From the NCBI GenBank assembly GCA_050246755.1, contig JBFWVL010000003.1, forward strand, positions 224,001 through 288,000: DNA of 64,000 nucleotides, written 5' to 3'. The stretch comes from Bacteriovoracia bacterium. GTDB taxonomy: Bacteria > Bdellovibrionota > UBA1018 > CAIPTA01. The position numbers and the translations under genes are program-made. The notes below the pieces were generated by a model, which saw nothing but the letters and a program-made list of their open reading frames with translations, was not told the DNA's origin and made no database searches. Below are positions 60,631-64,000 of the stretch, in pieces (positions within the stretch are counted from its first letter, which is position 1; every line of letters starts with the position of its first letter).

Positions 60631-61737
60631 CTAAGGTACGTCGTCGCAACCTTTAGCGAGGCCTCGATAAACGCGACAAAATAAAGCGTGCTCTCCGGCT
60701 TTGCGTTCCGCCGGCGAGATCTTAGCCGTGGGCAAGCGAGACTTGTCGCCACGATAGTATTTTTCGCAAATCCAAGGCACTGAGCTATTTCGTTCCACGC
60801 ATTTAGAATAGGAGGCCATCGAGCCCGGCCCTTCTTTTTTGGGCTTGGCTTGGGCGGGCTTTCTGTCGGACGCACAAGGTTCGTCTTTATAAATATTCCT
60901 AAATCCCATTGGACGATCGCCAAGGGAAACACAGGGTAGCTTCCCCGATTTTGCTTTATCGGCAACTACGCCACCTCCGGCCTTATCGGAAGCTTGAATT
61001 TCTTTCGCTACCGCCACTACCTTGGCGATCGCGCCTAAATTTTTCTCCACCGGAGCATTGGCTTCCTTCGCGGGCGCTGCGGGATCGCAGTCTTCCGGTT
61101 TATTTTCCGTTACGGACTTGGCAACCACCACCGGCTTGCCAGATTTTCCCTGAGCCGCCGACTGTGCTTGCTGCATGGAACTCATGCGCGCGAGCGTCTT
61201 AGCTACGTTGGGATCGATCGTCCCTTGTACGAGCTCCGCAAGGCGGCGGGAGTATTGGTCGTTCACGTCTTCCTGGAGACTCAAGCGGTAGGCTTCGTGG
61301 ATCAGCGCGCGCTGGATGAAAATCGGGTCGGCCTGGTGGCGCAGGATGCGGCCGATATCTACCGAGAGCTGCTTGGTATTGGTTTCGGTAAGAAAAGTAA
61401 CGCAGCTGCCGCCATTATCCTTGAGCGGGCAATCGCGGTCGGTATCGCTATAGGCGATCTTGATATCATTCTTGCGAATCGCGCCGAGCAAAGCGTTTTG
61501 CAGAACTTCCACGTCTTTCTGGGAGACTTCTTTCGCGGTAATTCCCCGGCCGATATGGAGGGGACCATTGTGGGTGCGATCCATCAGCTCGTTGAACGTG
61601 TCCACGGCCAAATCTTCGAGCGGCATACGGTAGATATCCCCGCCGCAACTGCCCGTGCAGCCGCCTTCGGCAAAAACCGGCGAATGGCTGGAAACAGCCA
61701 GCGCAAGGATTACGAAAATGTAGCGAACGAAAAGCAT
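60631..61737 (-). CDS. Hypothetical secreted protein
   Basis: Signal peptide, GGCTGSCGGD N-terminal motif, LIHEAYR, Cys-containing C-terminus. Confidence 0.75.
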   Translation of the reverse strand: MLFVRYIFVILALAVSSHSPVFAEGGCTGSCGGDIYRMPLEDLAVDTFNELMDRTHNGPLHIGRGITAKEVSQKDVEVLQNALLGAIRKNDIKIAYSDTDRDCPLKDNGGSCVTFLTETNTKQLSVDIGRILRHQADPIFIQRALIHEAYRLSLQEDVNDQYSRRLAELVQGTIDPNVAKTLARMSSMQQAQSAAQGKSGKPVVVAKSVTENKPEDCDPAAPAKEANAPVEKNLGAIAKVVAVAKEIQASDKAGGGVVADKAKSGKLPCVSLGDRPMGFRNIYKDEPCASDRKPAQAKPKKEGPGSMASYSKCVERNSSVPWICEKYYRGDKSRLPTAKISPAERKAGEHALFCRVYRGLAKGCDDVP

Positions 61738-61848
61738 CGGTTCAATTTTTCCAAAAAGTCAGCAGAGTTCCGTTCTTATCATCGGTATTTACATGAAAAT
61801 AATTTAGAGGCCGGCCGCACTTTCCAAGCGTCTCCGCACGGATACGTT

Positions 61849-62664
61849 TTATACCTCGAAAAAGTCCACGAGTAGGCTACAAACAGTCTCTTCCTTCGAC
61901 GCCGCGATCACTTTGCGGCTCCGTTCAAGTGCCTCCAGCAATAACTTCTTCAGCTGATACTTGTCCTCCTCCGAGATCGAAACCACGGAGGAATAATGTA
62001 GATCGGTGACGCCTTTGCTCTCGTAGGAGCGGATCGCCATCAGCCGCCAGTTCATGTGATCGCGCGCGATGAGGGCGGCATCGCCCGTCAACCACTCCCA
62101 GCCATGGATCTCGTCCACCGCACCATCTCTGAGCTTCACCATTCCCACTCCCACGAGGAATTCGAAAATCGCGGCTACTTGCGCGAGCGGGAGCTGAAAG
62201 TGCGTCGCCACCGCTTCCTTGGTTCTTAATCTAGGAATCGACAGCGCGTGTAAAACGGCGGCGTACTGCCAGCTGCTATAGAAAGTATTTTTGTCGGCGT
62301 CCGAGAGCCCGTTCTGGCTATTGAATTGTTTTCTTACATGCGCGTGCTCTTCCCGCTGCCTTTTGATCTGCCGCTCGAAATGTCGCTTCAAGCTGTCGGT
62401 ACCCGCCCGGCTGAATTCCACGAGCGCGATAAAATACTGGGTCGCCGATTCCGCGAGCCCCAAAAAACTGGCGGCCCTATCGGCTTGCTCCAAGCTAAGG
62501 TGGGCATCGCCATCTAGAACTTTGGTTACGTAGCTAGGCTGGATCTGTACAGCGTCCGCAAATTTCGATCTAGAACCCCGGGAAGCTTTGGAAGATGCCG
62601 CTAGGGCCGCCTGGAGGAAGAGCTTGTAATCAGTAAAATCAAATACTTCGCTCATATCTTTCAT
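61849..62664 (-). CDS. TIGR02147/DUF4423 family protein (HTH-like N-terminus)
   Basis: VFDFTDYKLFL...PSYVTKVLDGDAHLSLEQA...FYSSWQY...HMNWR...LHYSSVVSIS. Confidence 0.85.
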   Translation of the reverse strand: MKDMSEVFDFTDYKLFLQAALAASSKASRGSRSKFADAVQIQPSYVTKVLDGDAHLSLEQADRAASFLGLAESATQYFIALVEFSRAGTDSLKRHFERQIKRQREEHAHVRKQFNSQNGLSDADKNTFYSSWQYAAVLHALSIPRLRTKEAVATHFQLPLAQVAAIFEFLVGVGMVKLRDGAVDEIHGWEWLTGDAALIARDHMNWRLMAIRSYESKGVTDLHYSSVVSISEEDKYQLKKLLLEALERSRKVIAASKEETVCSLLVDFFEV

Positions 62665-62780
62665 TGTAATTCAAAAATTTTGAAAGATTAGCTTAAATTT
62701 TATAATCATTCATCTATACTTGATTGAATTAATCTATTATTATCAATCTCGTTCCATAACTGTTTTTTAGGAGATCCCCC

Positions 62781-63254
62781 ATGAAGAAGTTACTTCCAAG
62801 CCTGTTCCTGCTCACCCTCGCTGCCCTGGCTTCCCTACCTGCCCACGCCGATGCCTTCTTTACTTTCGGCACGCAATCGCGAGGGCAAACCGAACAAGTA
62901 CGCCCCGGAGTGTTCAAAACCCAGATCGCACGCGACAAAGCCCGCGACGTAACCTTCCAGCACGAAGCCGGCCTTCCTCTCTTCCTCGGCGCGATCCCCT
63001 ACTCCACTACCGAAAGACGCGGAGACGAGAACGCCTGCGCCAACGCTAAGGCACAAGCGGTGGCCGCCGGCATGATCGCCTGCCAAACCAAGTATGGCCG
63101 CTGCTCCACCCTCAGCGCGATCAGAGAAGAAGGCGAAACTTTCTGCCGGTATACGGTTTTCACCCAAAGTGAGAGCGCGAAAAAATTCAAAAATGCTTCG
63201 CTGGAAGAAGATAGCGAGCAAGAAGAGAATTACGAGGCCCAGGACGCTGCGTAG
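62781..63254 (+). CDS. Hypothetical secreted protein
   Basis: Signal peptide ending AHA, AGGAG RBS, 4 Cys, acidic tail. Confidence 0.8.
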   Translation: MKKLLPSLFLLTLAALASLPAHADAFFTFGTQSRGQTEQVRPGVFKTQIARDKARDVTFQHEAGLPLFLGAIPYSTTERRGDENACANAKAQAVAAGMIACQTKYGRCSTLSAIREEGETFCRYTVFTQSESAKKFKNASLEEDSEQEENYEAQDAA

Positions 63255-63272
63255 CTCCCGCACCTGAAATAG

Positions 63273-63309
63273 AAAAGCCTCCGCCGAAACGCGGGGGCTT
63301 TTATTTTTT
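63273..63309 (+). terminator. Intrinsic, possibly bidirectional terminator
   Basis: AAAAGCCTCCGC-loop-GCGGGGGCTTTT followed by a T-run. Confidence 0.8.
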
Positions 63310-63486
63310 CCGTGCCCCAACGGCAAAAACTAAAAATGCCGGTAGAAAAATCGGCCAGAGAACCGTCCAGCTGAAATAGAGCAGCGCGAGCGGGATCACG
63401 TGGAAGAAGCCGATGAGATTTCCGCTGAGCGCATCCGTCACCGCTATTCCCTCCGCATCTTTTCCTGCGTGGGAGAAATTGGCCAT
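63301..63486 (-). CDS. Possible small membrane protein
   Basis: ATG 2 nt after the upstream stop; hydrophobic C-terminal half; short, no recognisable motif. Confidence 0.35.
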   Translation of the reverse strand: MANFSHAGKDAEGIAVTDALSGNLIGFFHVIPLALLYFSWTVLWPIFLPAFLVFAVGARKK

Positions 63487-63488
63487 GC

Positions 63489-63860
63489 TTACCGGCAATC
63501 AAGCTCGTAGGAGATCTGCGCCGTGCCCTCGCCGAGGGCCACGAACTGCATCAGGTGCAGCTTGCCGGAGCTTTCGATCGAAGCACGCGTGCCGTCGGGA
63601 TACTTCACGCTCACGCCGAGACCATATCCGCTGGGGCCACGCTTCACTTCCACTTCGAGGCCTTTATACGCGAGCTTTTCTGCGTAGGTCGAAACCGCGA
63701 ATCGCCGAGGGGGCTCATCCCCAGGCTTGTCGGCCATACTGGCGCTAAACTCACAAACGAGGCCTGAGCCGCCCGCGGCGGCGGCCGGCTTACGGGCGGC
63801 TTCGGCCGGGCCCATGCCTAAGATCAATAAAATCGCTAAACTCCATCGTAGGATTTTCAT
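63489..63860 (-). CDS. Hypothetical secreted protein
   Basis: Signal peptide ending AEA, Cys pair. Confidence 0.75.
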   Translation of the reverse strand: MKILRWSLAILLILGMGPAEAARKPAAAAGGSGLVCEFSASMADKPGDEPPRRFAVSTYAEKLAYKGLEVEVKRGPSGYGLGVSVKYPDGTRASIESSGKLHLMQFVALGEGTAQISYELDCR

Positions 63861-63880
63861 AATAGAATCCCCCGCCCCTC

Positions 63881-63908
63881 CTATCGGCGATGACGCGGAG
63901 GAACTTTA
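63881..63908 (-). promoter_or_regulatory. sigma28 (FliA)-type promoter
   Basis: TAAAGTT...GCCGATAG with a 16-nt spacer after TAAA, near-consensus. Confidence 0.75.
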
Positions 63909-64000
63909 GGGTTTTTGAAAATAAAGTTGTGGATTGTTAAGAGGGTTAGATCACCTGGGGCGCCCCAAGTGTGCGCTCAAGCGCACTAGTTGGTTAGAAC

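Noticed and set aside
63956-63990. Adjacent palindromes TGGGGCGCCCCA and GTGCGCT-CA-AGCGCAC at the window end
   Set aside because: Truncated by the window edge; not enough context to call a REP, attC or RNA element

Overview
GC-rich bacterial chromosomal segment, densely coding, with about 58 genes. It is most likely from Bdellovibrionota; this is inferred from TIGR02147- and TIGR04562-like proteins, an FHA-GGDEF cyclase resembling Bdellovibrio DgcB, several PilZ/HD-GYP/GYF proteins, a short flagellin and many orphan secreted proteins. Core genes: carB, greA-recG, yaiI-mnmH(selU)-selD, metH, pgpA/cinA/recA, alaS, hutG, a 2-oxoacid dehydrogenase/lipoylation cluster (E1a, E1b, lipA, E2, lpdA, lipB) followed by a polyprenyl synthase, ldcA, fliC and dut. 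Several GT-C-type membrane glycosyltransferases and two family-5 ABC substrate-binding proteins are also present. I saw no rRNA, tRNA, CRISPR array, transposase or prophage. Most notable unexplained features: (1) a 146-bp element closed by a 19-bp inverted repeat directly downstream of a small, very basic, tandem-repeat protein with an H1-like tail; (2) a long hairpin and a GTAC-N7-GTAC site upstream of recA; (3) a RibD-like protein lacking catalytic residues, a Zn-ribbon protein and a PilZ-like protein inside the dehydrogenase cluster; (4) a recurring -10 box 5-9 nt before ATG, suggesting leaderless mRNAs; (5) two stand-alone genes with sigma54-type promoters; (6) a frameshifted phosphatase-like lipoprotein gene. 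Family assignments come from motif recognition only; no database search was run.
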